Shown: positions 26,905 to 39,040 of the stretch, piece by piece
Layout: each line of letters begins with the position of its first letter
Numbering within the stretch: position 1 is the stretch's first letter
DNA from: Octopus vulgaris
Taxonomy: Eukaryota
Length of the DNA stretch: 64,000 nucleotides
Assembly: GCA_951406725.2 (NCBI GenBank)
Contig: OX597814.1
Location: 3,844,001 to 3,908,000 of the forward strand
Direction: 5' to 3'
Position numbers and translations under genes: made by a program
Notes under the pieces: generated by a model
Told to the model about the DNA's origin: nothing
The model's input: only the letters and a program-made list of their open reading frames with translations
Database searches by the model: none

Positions 26905-27235
26905 TAAAGACTCCGTTCGGTCGTTAATGACCATAGGATTACGCCTAGAAAGTTGCCCTCCGATGCGCAAGTCCAAGCAATATTGTTTATGGAAGACCAG
27001 CACTTGTCCATCCATGCCATCTCCCTTTCTCCACACCACTAATGTTACCCAAGAGAAAGGCAAATGGGGCCGATACAGCTTGACGCCAGTGACGTCGCAA
27101 CTCATTTCAGTAGCTGAGTGAACTGGAGCAACGTGAAATAAAGTGTCTTGCTCAAGCGAGCACAACACACATCCCGGTCCGGGAATTGAACTCACAACCT
27201 CTTGATTGCAAGCTCGACGCTCTAACTATCTAACT
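26905..27235 (-). mobile_element. SINE family D (tRNA head plus CORE-like ttgagcaagacactttatttcacgttgctccag)
   Basis: B box gagttcaattccc on the minus strand. The core is shared with 34560-34630 and 42920-42990. Confidence 0.75.
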
Positions 27236-27284
27236 ACTGCAGAAGACCATGCATAGGTGTGTTGGTAGAAAGCTCCAGGATGAT

Positions 27285-28268
27285 AGTAACATTGATAACC
27301 ATAGCAGTCTATCTTGGATCAACAATCAGATAGATAACACTCTTTGAAGGGTATGCGTTTGCTATCCGGGAACAGGAAATATCAACCAAGTACCTGATGC
27401 ACAAAAGGGATAGAGATGCAGGAAAAGCAGTAAAATGTGACAACCGATGCAGACTTTGTGGAGTTCACACTGAAGATATCCCCCACATCATAAGCAGTTG
27501 TCCGAAAATGTCATCATGGTATTATCTCCCGAAGAGACATGATGTTGTAGTTAGGACACTCTATAATGAAATCCGTCGGAAGGATAATCCCGAGAAGGAA
27601 GAAAAAAGAACCCACAATATGGTAGATGCCATAGCCACTCATAATGAAAAGGAATACCGGTGGAATGTCCCTTTAAAAACCTCTATACAATGCAAGCACA
27701 ACAGACTTGATATAATGATTTGGGATAGAGAAGAGAAACTGTGCACAGTCGCGGAAATTAGCTGCTCAGCGGATGTTAACATAAAGCTGAAGATCAATGA
27801 AAAAGAGGACACCTATGTTGAACTATTGAGAAATCTGTAGTTATTCTATCCAGATTACAAGTTCAGGTTAATACCTGTAATTATTCGGGTCCTGGGATAT
27901 GTAACACACTGCCTAAATACCAATCTTGAGAAATTAGGCTTCTCAAAACCAGAAAGGAGAAAGCTGATTCGGAGACTACAGATCCAATCCATCACCGGAA
28001 CTGTAAAAATCTGTGAAACTTTCCAGAAATTTATCATTTAAGTATATATGCACTGTCTAGACATGTAACTATATGTATGACAATACACGCAGAAAGCATA
28101 ACATACAAATTTGCACACGCTCTGGCTCCAAATAATGAACACATACACACATATATACAAAAATAAACTGCTGACGTGTTGTTGAAATTCCAATGAAGGA
28201 GCCTTGGATCTAGGATAGAAACTGCCTCCTTCTCTAGAGACAAGAAATCTCGAAATAAAACTGAATAG
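27285..28268 (+). pseudogene. R4/Dong-like non-LTR retrotransposon 3' part: CCHC zinc knuckle plus restriction-like endonuclease, disrupted
   Basis: IDNHSSLSW, a frameshift, then EGYAFAIREQEISTKY, CRLC..HIISSC, RHD, NRLDI, EISC and EKEDTY. After a premature stop at 27838-27840 the frame continues as IPVIIRVLG...SITGTVKICETFQKFII* to 28041. The UTR ends with aataaa. Confidence 0.9.
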
Positions 28269-28287
28269 TGACATATATATATATTAA

Positions 28288-28675
28288 CTAGCAGTATCGC
28301 CCGGCGTCGCTCGGGTTTGTTTCGACCCTTTAGAATTGGAATCTTTGAAAAGTAAAAACTGTGCATTATGTAGCTTGTTATTCTCTTTAAGTGAACATTT
28401 TTCTGGTTGAAATACACAGAAAAATTGCGACACAGCAGTCAAAAAATCGTAAAAAGATAGGAATTTTCATAGAAAAAAAAAGCACCTTTTTGATGTAAAT
28501 AATTTTTGGTGTTAACATGGTCCGATTTTATCTTCTACGGAATAAAGAGCAAGTCTTCTTCTATCATACTCTCAATTTTGGTCAACTTGCGCCACAGGGT
28601 CTCGGAGGAGATAGTGTTAGCTGAAGGCTACCAAACCTGCCACACACAGACAACTTCAGCTTATATATAGAAAGA
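28288..28675 (-). mobile_element. Non-autonomous Helitron
   Basis: The minus strand starts A|TC and ends CTAG|T, with a subterminal hairpin cccgagcgacgccggg. There is no TSD. Confidence 0.8.
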
Positions 28676-29009
28676 TTATTAATTGACGAAAGCAATATTG
28701 ATACCACATGGTAATCTTATACCAAAAGAAAGATGGATGTTTTGTTAGAAAACCGAATATTGCGTTATTAGCGTTGAGAGATTCTCTCATATAGGCGCAA
28801 TGGCGCATGAAGGTGCGTGGGTGGTAGCCAGTTCACGTTGTTCCAGTCCCCTCAGATTTAAATGGGTTTCCGATCAAGAAGATTGTTAGCCTGCTAGACA
28901 AGCCAGTGGTGGTGGACGGGGGGGGGGGGTCGTTCGAAATCTAAAACTATGCAAAATGCAATGTGATAAGCGATGTATAACAACATCTTATAGTTTGGTC
29001 CATCACGTG

Positions 29010-29060
<51 letters not shown>

Positions 29061-29152
29061 CTTGAGTGTGCATGTGTGGAGATAGAGAGAGAGAGAAAGA
29101 GAAAGAGAGAAAGAGAAAGAGGGTTTTTGAAGTGATGTACAGATATTGTATA

Positions 29153-29370
29153 TTCTTTTCTACTCTAGGCACAAGGCCCGAAATTTTTGAGGACGGCGGG
29201 GGCCAGTCGATTAGATGACCCCAGTACGCAACTGGTACTTAATTTAACGAACCCGAAAGAATGAAAGGCAAAGTCAACACCGGCAGAATTTGAACTCAGA
29301 ACATAGTGACAGGCGAAATACCGCTAAGCATTTCGTCCAGTGTGCTAATGATCCTGACAGCTCGCCACCT
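29153..29370 (-). mobile_element. SINE family B, full length
   Basis: ttcttttctactctaggcacaaggcccg...cagctcgccacc. Confidence 0.9.
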
Positions 29371-29956
29371 TAAAAGCTATTGTATATTGAGAATAAGAAG
29401 GTAGTTAGAATGTGGAATGATTATGTATTTTTCTTTTCTTTTTTTTTTTACATTTTAAGCGCTTTCTTCCGTTGTTGGATTTATATAAAATTGAAAGTGA
29501 TGATGCTTGGAAAGGGGGAGAGAGAGGGGAAGGGGAGCGAAATTAGAAAGGAAAGTGCAGGTGTGAGAGAGGAGGAAAGATTGGGAGATAGTGAAGATAG
29601 AGAAGAGAAAAGAAAGAAGGAGTGTGTTTTAAGATTGTATCCTTGTTTTTTGAGGGAGGGGTGCGAAGTAAGGGAAGAGAAAGAAAAATTTTGAGAGTGA
29701 GAGGGAGGTTAAGGAGGCGTGGCTTTTGTAACCAGTGTGGTCAAATTTGTTTGATTAGGATTCAATATGTTGTTTTTATATATATTGTTTTGTGTGTGTG
29801 TGTGTGTGTGTGTAACATTTTATAAGCTTAAAGTATTATAAGTGATCACCGTGTAATGTGATACAATTTTTAGTTCTATATATGGTAGAATTAATCTTAA
29901 AATGATAAGCGACTAAATTTATAAGTTTTAAAAGGAATCCTTCTTTAAATACTACA

Positions 29957-30001
29957 CCACAAATAGGCAACCATTTCGGAGAAGCGAACCTCATCAGGCG
30001 G
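29957..30001 (-). ncRNA. Degenerate hammerhead motif
   Basis: Minus strand reads ccgc-CUGAUGA-gg..cc-GAAA-tgg(ttgc)cta-UU-t-gtgg, with one extra base after the cleavage site. Confidence 0.5.
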
Positions 30002-30543
30002 ATAACTAAAAAAAATTTTCAAGGTAATCTGTCGTTAGGTTCATAATATCTGTGGGCCGCAGTTAGCTTATGATGTAGAAAATATCTTCGGCATGGGCAC
30101 AGACATTATGATAAAATGCTGGAGTTGCCGAAATATATTTGGCAGCGATTTCTCTGTTACACCCTGACTCACAATAATTCTTCTCGACCTACAATTCATC
30201 ACAAGAACGGGGTTCACTTGAATAAAACGTACTCCTTACGTGTAACCATAAAATGCAGCTTAATTAATTAACAATTATTTTTTAATTATCAAATAATTGT
30301 AATGAATCGTTTGATCGTTAACGATAAAATATACGCAACAAGGCAATGAATGTTCTTTGCAGATAAACTTTACCAAATATAGATGTAAAGTTATAAAAAT
30401 TTTAGATGAAAAATTTAAAAGTGCACGAACGTTCAGTAATGACCCTTTGGGAATATGTATGCATAAATGTATGTCTGTGAGCATGTATATATATATATAT
30501 ATATACACATATATATATATATATATATATACACATACATATT

Positions 30544-30675
<132 letters not shown>

Positions 30676-30707
30676 TATGTATGTGTGTGTATGCGTGCGT
30701 GCGTGTA

Positions 30708-30745
<38 letters not shown>

Positions 30746-30839
30746 ATAGAGTGTGGGATGGAGTGAGTGAAGGAACGGACCGAGGAGTGACCAGTGTGTT
30801 GCCGAACAGCAAAATAAATGGGAGATGACCAGAGGTGTA

Positions 30840-31010
30840 AGTAGTTAATTAATTTGACGGCAATTTCTGCACTGGGAAACGGAAGTCGCTGGTGATAAGC
30901 CAGGTCACGTGACCGTCGATCGAACCGGATGTCACGTGAGTGACGATAAAGTCGGAAGAGGGAACGTTTAGGACGCAACAACGGATATGTGTTGGACAAG
31001 ATAAGAGAAA
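30840..31010. promoter_or_regulatory. CpG-rich unique segment with clustered transcription-factor motifs (candidate enhancer/promoter)
   Basis: GGTCACGTGACC at 30903-30914, GTCACGTGAG at 30931-30940, ETS-like CGGAAG (two) and CCGGATGT, GATAA (three), and TTAATTAA. Confidence 0.4.
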
Positions 31011-31269
31011 CGAAGATCTTGTTTGGAGATTATCGGTAGACACAAACAATCACACACACACATATATATACACACACACACGCACATTTCCCAGACGTGC
31101 ACACACTCACACACACGTACACATACACTCACATACACACGCAATTACGTATATGCTATACAACCACGCCAACACACATTTATCCATCTATGCACTGTTA
31201 CACACAGATATGTGTGTAACATAACGCGCATGTTGATACACACACACACACACACACATATATATATGC

Positions 31270-31323
<54 letters not shown>

Positions 31324-31380
31324 ATATATATATATGTATATATATACATATATATGTATATATATACATATATATGTATA

Positions 31381-31434
<54 letters not shown>

Positions 31435-31628
31435 TATATATTCACTCATGGTTAGGTGTACAAATAAGTGCACATAACTACCCGGCAATCTAACAATATA
31501 TCTGTGTGTGTTTGTGTGTGTAGATGGATATATAAGGACAGCTTCACATTTATTGATATATATATATATATATACACCAACACAGATGCCCCCCACCGCA
31601 TACATATATATATATATATATATGTGTG

Positions 31629-31661
<33 letters not shown>

Positions 31662-31680
31662 GTATAAATATATATGTATG

Positions 31681-31729
<49 letters not shown>

Positions 31730-31731
<2 letters not shown>

Positions 31732-31850
31732 TTGTGTCTGAGGAGAGTCATTCTCTTTAGGTGCCTTATAATCTAACACACTCACCGGTAAAATTTCCAC
31801 TTATTTCTTTTATATTTTCCTAAAATTTTCGTTGCATCTTTCAACCTTTT
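31730..31850. mobile_element. Single-arm copy of the fold-back repeat family (40715-40990)
   Basis: ttgtgtctgaggagagtcattctc...acacactcaccggt...ctaaaattttcgttgcatc. Confidence 0.75.
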
Positions 31851-31930
31851 CAATAGTTTTGACTCTGTCCGTTGTTTACACGGCGTTCCTTTTTGTTTGT
31901 TTGTGTACATGTGTGTGGGTTAGTGCGCGC

Positions 31931-31972
<42 letters not shown>

Positions 31973-32191
31973 ATTTACGTGCATGTATGTATGCATGCAT
32001 GTGTGTGTATGTATGTCTTTATGTATGTATTCTGCATATTCATGTGTTTGCCTGACCGTGTTTGTATTTTTTACGTGTGTGTGTGTGTCTGTGTGTGTAT
32101 GTGTGTGTACCTCTGTCTCCATATGTGTCCTTGCGTCACTCACACACACACACGCACGCGCGCGTGCACACACGCACACACACACATGCAC

Positions 32192-32225
<34 letters not shown>

Positions 32226-32282
32226 TATGTATAAATGTATGCACAATCTGTATATATGTATATATACATACATGCATACATT

Positions 32283-32378
<96 letters not shown>

Positions 32379-32717
32379 CGTAAGGCTCGTGCACCTTCTC
32401 TTTAGGGGATGCAGCTTCTTATACTGTATGATTGCTGAAGGGAAAGCAGTGACTGCACCGAAACGGCTGATCAGTGTGAAAGCGTTTAAAAAAATATCTG
32501 TGGTTATGATAGATTGAAAAATATATAGATGGGAAAGGGGACAGTTTGCAAGGGAGAAACAGAGGTATCCTGCAATCACCCAAGAACGGTAAGCGAGTTA
32601 GATTGTGAGACGAGGAAGCAAAACCAAACACAAACTGAAAATAGAGGACTTGAAACAGAAAGATTTTTATAGCAAATGCCGAAACACAGGACGGGATACA
32701 TGGCAGTGGCATGGGTA

Positions 32718-32928
32718 ATCTTTTCTACTGGCACAAGGCCTGAAATTTGAGGGAGGGGAATAGTTGATTACATCGACCCCGGGGTTTCACTGGTTCTTAA
32801 TGTATCGACTCCATAAGGATGAAAGACAAAGTCGACCTCGGCAGAGTTTGAAATCAGAACGCAGTGACGGGCGAAAAACCTCTAAGCATTTCGTCCAGCG
32901 CAATAACTATTCTGTCTGCTCGCCACCT
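32718..32928 (-). mobile_element. SINE family B
   Basis: ggcacaaggcctgaaattt...gatgaaagacaaagtcgacctcggc...gctcgccacc. Confidence 0.85.
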
Positions 32929-33625
32929 TGATGAATAATATCAATATACAAACTTTGAGCATGTGTTTATGTGTATGTATGAAGATATGAATATACATGT
33001 GTATGCGTGTATGGCCAAAGGAATTGTTGTGTAGTTAAGCAGTTTGATTCTCAATCGCGTATTTCTAAGTTCGATCCGACTGTTTCGCCTTATGAATGTA
33101 TCTTCTCCATAGCTTCGAGTTACCCAGAAGCTTGTGAGAGAAATTGAGTAGATGGCAACTGTACGAAAGCCTGTTGGGAGGAAAACTTAGGGCCATAACA
33201 ATCAGCCGTCTTCAGCAAGTCAGAAAAAGCCCTAACATATATACACACAGAACCTCCACAGATCTGGCAATTCTATCAAATATTATTGGAGAATTCTCTA
33301 AATTAAACATGATATTAAAGATTTGCGGATAGGAAAAATGGAATGTAACCTCATTCACCGAATTAGAGAGAGCAAGCATCAACGTTATTCACCCACATGA
33401 TGAGGTATACTATTTATTCTGTCACATATTGACATTGGACGAAATTTGTTTCGTTTAATTAATAAACCAATCAAATGCTAGATGATTAAGGAATTAATAG
33501 AATGTGGAGAGAGTAAAAGATCACGTGATTTTTGGTCAGAAATTGGATTAAATAGATTTGCGCCTTGTCTGTGACTTTGTCTTGTTCTGGGTTTTCGGAT
33601 CAAACAAGGTTTTGATTCGTCTTCC

Positions 33626-34005
33626 AATCAAGTATTTCACTTTCAACAACCTTGACCTTCTTTAGGGCATGTGTAGAAAGCATTCTTCATAATGGAACCG
33701 GAACTTGGACTATAAAACGATTTCTTTGAGATCGCCTTGATGCTATGTACATCATGAGAGCTCCAACCGTCCGATATTGTGAGAGTAAGACCAAATAATA
33801 GATACATTCTCCTTATCTCTACTCTGACTGATCGAAGCAATAATAGCTGGTCACTGCTATCGTACTGAACAACTGACCATAGCAGATGATGACCGGTCTG
33901 TGACATTGATGCAGAGACACACAACAGGAAATTCAAGGCCCATCGAAAAGGATGGAGGACAGAGATTGCTGGAAGAACGCATCTCGTTCGTGACCATTTG
34001 AACAA
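33626..34005 (+). pseudogene. Decayed RTE-clade LINE, C-terminal region
   Basis: FFRACVESILHNGTGTWTIKRFL*DRLD, IAGHCYR and MEDRDCWK match the RTE post-RT motifs (ESILLYGxETWT, AGHCxR, DRxxW). Confidence 0.7.
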
Positions 34006-34394
34006 GAAGAATATTGTTAGACACAGGGAAAAGACATGGCCGCATTCTACCTCTTATCTCTCAATATGGTTTTGTCAGATGTAAAAAAAAAACAGAAACA
34101 AAGGTTTCGTTCTCTCATTCTTGATTGCAGTTAGATAAAGGATCAAAGAAGCTTTCGAGTCTCCCCCCCTCCCTGATTTAGGATGTCCTTCCAAACATAG
34201 TTACATTACAATTCCGCCTCGACCCCACCCCTGGTTTCATACTACATAAAGTCAATGTCAAATAATAGTTTGACCCCCACCCCGGTCCCATGGGCAGAGT
34301 TTTGATTCTTGGGCCGCTAGACCTGACATGTATTTCACACCACTACCTCGTCCACAGTGGAACCGTTGGGATGTCTGGCCCGGCTCTCCGTCGA

Positions 34395-34703
34395 TTGCGA
34401 CGACGAGTTTTCCAGTTGACACGATCAACGGAACGGCCTGCTAGTGAAACTAATGTGCAAGTGGCTGAGCACTCCACAGACATGTGTACCCTTAACGTAG
34501 TTCTCAGGGAGATTCAGCATGACACAGAGAGTTACAAGGCTGGCCATTTGAAACACAGGTTCTATTCACTTTTGCCAGCAGATTGGACTGGAGCAAGGTG
34601 AAATAAAATGTCGTCCTCAAAGACACAACGCGCCTTCAGGCATCGAACTCACGACCTTGCGATTGTGAGCCAAATAGTCTAACCATTAAGCCACGCGCCT
34701 TCA
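34395..34703 (-). mobile_element. SINE family D with the family C tail
   Basis: The reverse complement has tggcttaatgg (A box), gagttcgatgcc (B box), the core, and the shared tail. Confidence 0.8.
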
Positions 34704-35492
34704 CTACCTGGTTCACAAAGAACCGTTGTGATGCCTAATCAGTAGAAAACATACAAACCTGGTCTACGGTTGAGGATGCTCTTATACATGGTTCACCAAG
34801 CCATAGATACCACAGAATGGTATCTTCTTCATCTAGAGTCTAAATAATAGAAAATGTACTGATCGAAATTATTTAAAATTACAACAATTGTTTCGACATA
34901 TTTTTACACTCATAGCACATCGATTAGATGATGTAATTAACATGTGTAATCAAAGGTATAAGATGCACTTTTTCAGGTGATTGTTTTAAATAAGTCCTTC
35001 ATTAGATCATACTGTCATTTCACTCAATGTGAGAATGAATGCCATGAAGTTTTATGTAGAGGGCTGATTGTGGTATATAGAGGACCTGCCTATCACTGCA
35101 ACCGCCGTCACCACTACTAGCATTGCCAGCACAGCTACTGCCGTGGCCATCACTACAAATACCACTGCGACCACAACACTGACCAATACCACTAGTACAT
35201 CTACTGCAACTACTTTGACCACCATCGTCGCCACAACCGCCACCCAACGTCAAAACCACCAAGAGAATACACTGACACCACAAACTATCACCATTACCCC
35301 CACAACCATAACCCCCACAATCAACACAACCAGTACCACATACCACCGCCACCTTTACAACAACAACAAACTGCTACTACCACACACCACCAACGACAAC
35401 AAAAACAACATGACAACCACCTCCTCTATAATCCAGATAATCCACTACTCCGCACCCAGCTTCAGTCCAGTCGCGATAAATCTGTCTGTCCC

Positions 35493-35543
<51 letters not shown>

Positions 35544-35885
35544 CTCCTTTTTCTCTCCCTCTCTTTCTCTCTCTTTCCCGCCCTCTCTCCCAAATGAATA
35601 TTCGCAATCTTTTGAGATCTGAAAGTGTTATTAAAATTGTCCAACACATCTCTTCTCCCTCCTACTACTTCTCCCACCACCACATTGTAATTAACTGGCT
35701 AATAATGGGTGGTTGGAGATTGGGTAGGATACAGACAGACAGACAGACAGACAGGCAAACGGACGGACAGAGAAGCAGACAGACAGAGGGGCGGACAGAT
35801 AGGCGGACGGACGAACGGAACGGACGGACGGACGGACGGACAGTCTCACAGACAGACAGACAGACAGGCAGATAGACAGATAGAC

Positions 35886-35951
<66 letters not shown>

Positions 35952-36369
35952 ATAGATACATACATACATACATACATTCAATTCAAAAGTGTATTGAAAA
36001 GTTGTATACACACATACACATACATTTATATATACACATATGCATATACATATGCATTCATACATACATATACATACACACACCTTCACGCATATCTATA
36101 TACATGCACACACACAAACATATACACACGCAAATATACACGTATGCTTCTACTTATACAAAGAGATTAGTGGATGTCAGCATATATATGTTCACACAGA
36201 CATACACAGGACATTTTCACAACTATATTTCCGTTTGTTTTCAATCAAAGGAGCTATTGGTGTTCCTAACATCTCTGTCGTAACTTAGTGAAAATTTGCA
36301 TTGATATCACAGTCTGAAGGAATATTATGTGTATATAGTGAATATTGTGAGATAATTAAAACACAATGC

Positions 36370-37015
36370 ACTGGGTTTTGGTTTGTATTTATTAATAAAA
36401 TTTATTTCTTTATTGTTTCATTGTCGTTTCATCATTGAGTCGCTACACTGGCAGAAAGGGAAGACAAGGGAGTTAGGTAAGATCTCACCAGCACATTTAT
36501 CTATATGTTCCCTTAAGAATATGTTTTGTGTATGTTTCCCTGATCTGTTGGCGGTGTACCGTCATTCTTTTTCCAGGTGTCATAACTGTTTGTCCTATGT
36601 ACTGTTCTCGACAACCTTTACATTTTATAATGTTCATTAGGTTGTCAGAAATGCAAGAGAAATAGTTTTTAATTTTGAAGGTAGAACCTTGGTCGGTTAC
36701 ATTTACTTACTGTAGCGTCTGCCGTTTTTGCTTTTACTTTACATTGCTCAATATCCTTTTTAGTGATTTTATTTACCTCTCAGTTTCTATAACAGAGTTT
36801 TCCAAAACGTTTTTCATTTTTTGGTCCTGATATAATATTGGTAGGTTTAGACAGAGGTTCGTGAAAATTTCGGTATTCCTTGTGCTAAAAGTTGGAACAT
36901 ATGGAATAGTATTTTTTCTTTTGGGAGTTTTATTTTTCGAAGTTCTTGGTTCTTAATTTGTTTAGCTTTCTGATTTCCAAATTCAATTAGTTTTATGGGG
37001 ATATTTTCTTATGAT
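36370..37015 (-). pseudogene. Penelope-like element C-terminus with GIY-YIG endonuclease, frameshifted
   Basis: The minus strand reads RKYP/KLIEFGNQKAK..ELR, IPYVPTF, KCNRPR, FSCISDNLMNIIKCKGCREQYIGQT..KRMTVHRQQIR and KEINFINKYKP. Confidence 0.8.
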
Positions 37016-37751
37016 ATTTCTTTCATTTAATAGTTTTTAATTTATTCCTTATCATGTAATGTTGGTTTCGTTTCCTTATATCTAATTATCGGTTTTATTC
37101 TCCCGGGGGTCTGTGTCCTCCAGTTCTTGCTTTTTTGTTTTTTTTTCTTTTTTTCCATATGACTTAGCATATGAATTAACAGTGTACCTTCGATTCCCGG
37201 TTCTGTTTTCCCCATTTGCTAGTCTACCTCTGTTGTTAGAGACTAGTAATCGATGCAGAGTTAGGGTTACCCTGTTGTTTAAAGGCTGACCCATGTTCGG
37301 TTCATATTTGAATATTCTATAGGCAATTGAGACTTTGAGGTTGTATTGGTTGAATAAATTATTTAAAGCTGTTTATATTGTCATTTCTTATTTTCTTTTA
37401 AAATGGCTTTTCAGATGGCTATTCGCTTTTCCTCAGTGACTTTGAGGTTATCCAGCGTTTGTAAATTTCTACTTTGACATTGTTTTTCAACAGATTCCAG
37501 AAAGCGAATTTTCTCATATTAGAGTTTTTTGTCCAAACATGGCCAGTTCAGCTTTTTATAACAAAGCAGACTTGGGCTCATTTTCGGATATTTTAATTAT
37601 GGTCGTATTTGAAAGATTTTTTCAAGGTCCTTAATCAAGTAAGTTTTTTTCATAAATAATACTCTTCCTTTCTTCTATATTCTACAGTAAAATTCTGAAA
37701 TTTGTAGAGTTTTTTTTCAACTGGGTTGGAAAGTTTAGTATTGATTTCTGT

Positions 37752-37988
37752 TATTATTTACATTATTTACATTTGACGGATATTTGACCTCATCTTGTTT
37801 GTTGTTAACACAACATTTCGGCTGATATACCCTCCAGCCTTCTTCAGGTGTCTTGGGGAAATTTCGAACCTACGTTCTCATTCCTAAGGTATTTTTCCGA
37901 TATTATTATTATTCAGGTCATTGCTTGGAATCGAACTCGGAACCTTGGGGTTATTACCCCGCGCACTTAACCACTATGCCATATGCCC
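37752..37988 (-). mobile_element. tRNA-headed SINE carrying a 3' hammerhead ribozyme motif
   Basis: A box TGGCATAGTGG (37981-37971), B box GTTCGATTCC (37936-37927), a short (AAT)n linker, the hammerhead at 37852-37807, and the tail aatgtaaataatgtaataat. Confidence 0.8.
37807..37852 (-). ncRNA. Minimal type I hammerhead ribozyme motif
   Basis: gacac-CUGAAGAA-ggctg(gagggtatat)cagcc-GAAA-U-GUU-gtgtt. Stems I and II are 5 bp each. Stem III is one CpG transition away from the palindrome AACGTT. Confidence 0.75.
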
Positions 37989-37990
37989 GT

Positions 37991-38056
37991 GGGTGTAGTG
38001 GTTAAGAGCGCAGGCTATTAACCCAAGATTCCGAGTTCGATTCCATGCAGTGACCT
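37991..38056 (+). mobile_element. Inverted duplicate of the SINE tRNA head
   Basis: gtagtggttaagagcgcaggctattaacccaagattccgagttcgattccatgcagtgacct mirrors 37915-37975, followed by (AAT)n(GAA)n. Confidence 0.85.
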
Positions 38057-38057
38057 A

Positions 38058-38147
<90 letters not shown>

Positions 38148-38203
38148 AAGAAGAAGAAGAAGAAGAAGAAGAAGAAGAAGAAGAAGAAACTATAACATAA
38201 AAT

Positions 38204-38506
38204 ATTCTATCGGTCTCTTTTGCTGAACCACAAACTTACGGGAACATAAACATACCAGAACCGGTTGTCAAGAGATGTTGGGGTGACGAACACAGACTCA
38301 CAAACATATGCACACGCATACATATATACATACATATACATATATACGACGGGCTTCTTTCAGTTTCCGTCTACCAAATCCACTCACAAGGCTTTGGTCG
38401 GCCCGAGGCTATAGTAGGAGACACTTGCCCAAGGTGCCTAACAGTGGGACTGAACCCGGAATGCAGTTTGTAAGCAAGCTACTGACCACAGAGCCACTCC
38501 TGCGCC
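38204..38506 (-). mobile_element. SINE family A, 3'-truncated
   Basis: gacgggcttctttcagtttccgtctacc...agccactcctgcgcc. Confidence 0.85.
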
Positions 38507-38705
38507 TAAATACAAACTTTTTTTTTGTTTAATTAAGCCATTAAGTCCCAGAGTATTTAAATTTCTGAATATTACAGAAATTTTTTACAGATGATTGAAA
38601 ATAGATTAAAATGAAAAAAAATCAATTATTTAAACTCCATTACTTCAAGTAGAAATACTCGGTGTCCTGTAAGTCCTATGAACAGTTTGTGACACAATAC
38701 AACAT

Positions 38706-38781
<76 letters not shown>

Positions 38782-38861
38782 CAATTTAATAAATAAAACA
38801 TATGCATACATACATATATGTACAAACCTACATCTATATGTATATATACATGCATATATGA

Positions 38862-39040
38862 GTACAGGACACCACAAATAAACGTAGAACACAACGAGAA
38901 ACGAAAACATAAAACCAAACAAGGAAACGGACTTTTTTTTAACAACGAAAAAACAGGGTACAAGACATACAACACAAGGAACATTCCCCTTCTTCAGTTG
39001 CCCCTGCTTCGACCTATTGCGTGTTTCGAAGGTAAGGGCA
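38862..39040 (-). mobile_element. (TA)n-associated repeat, homologous to 54700-54875
   Basis: Shared cgaaa-N26-ctga(a/t)gaag..ggaatgtt...gtgtcct layout. Confidence 0.65.

Noticed and set aside
35068-35622. Thr-rich mucin-like ORF
   Set aside because: It is decayed (ACC/ACT)n sequence running into (CTTT)n, with no signal peptide or splice evidence.
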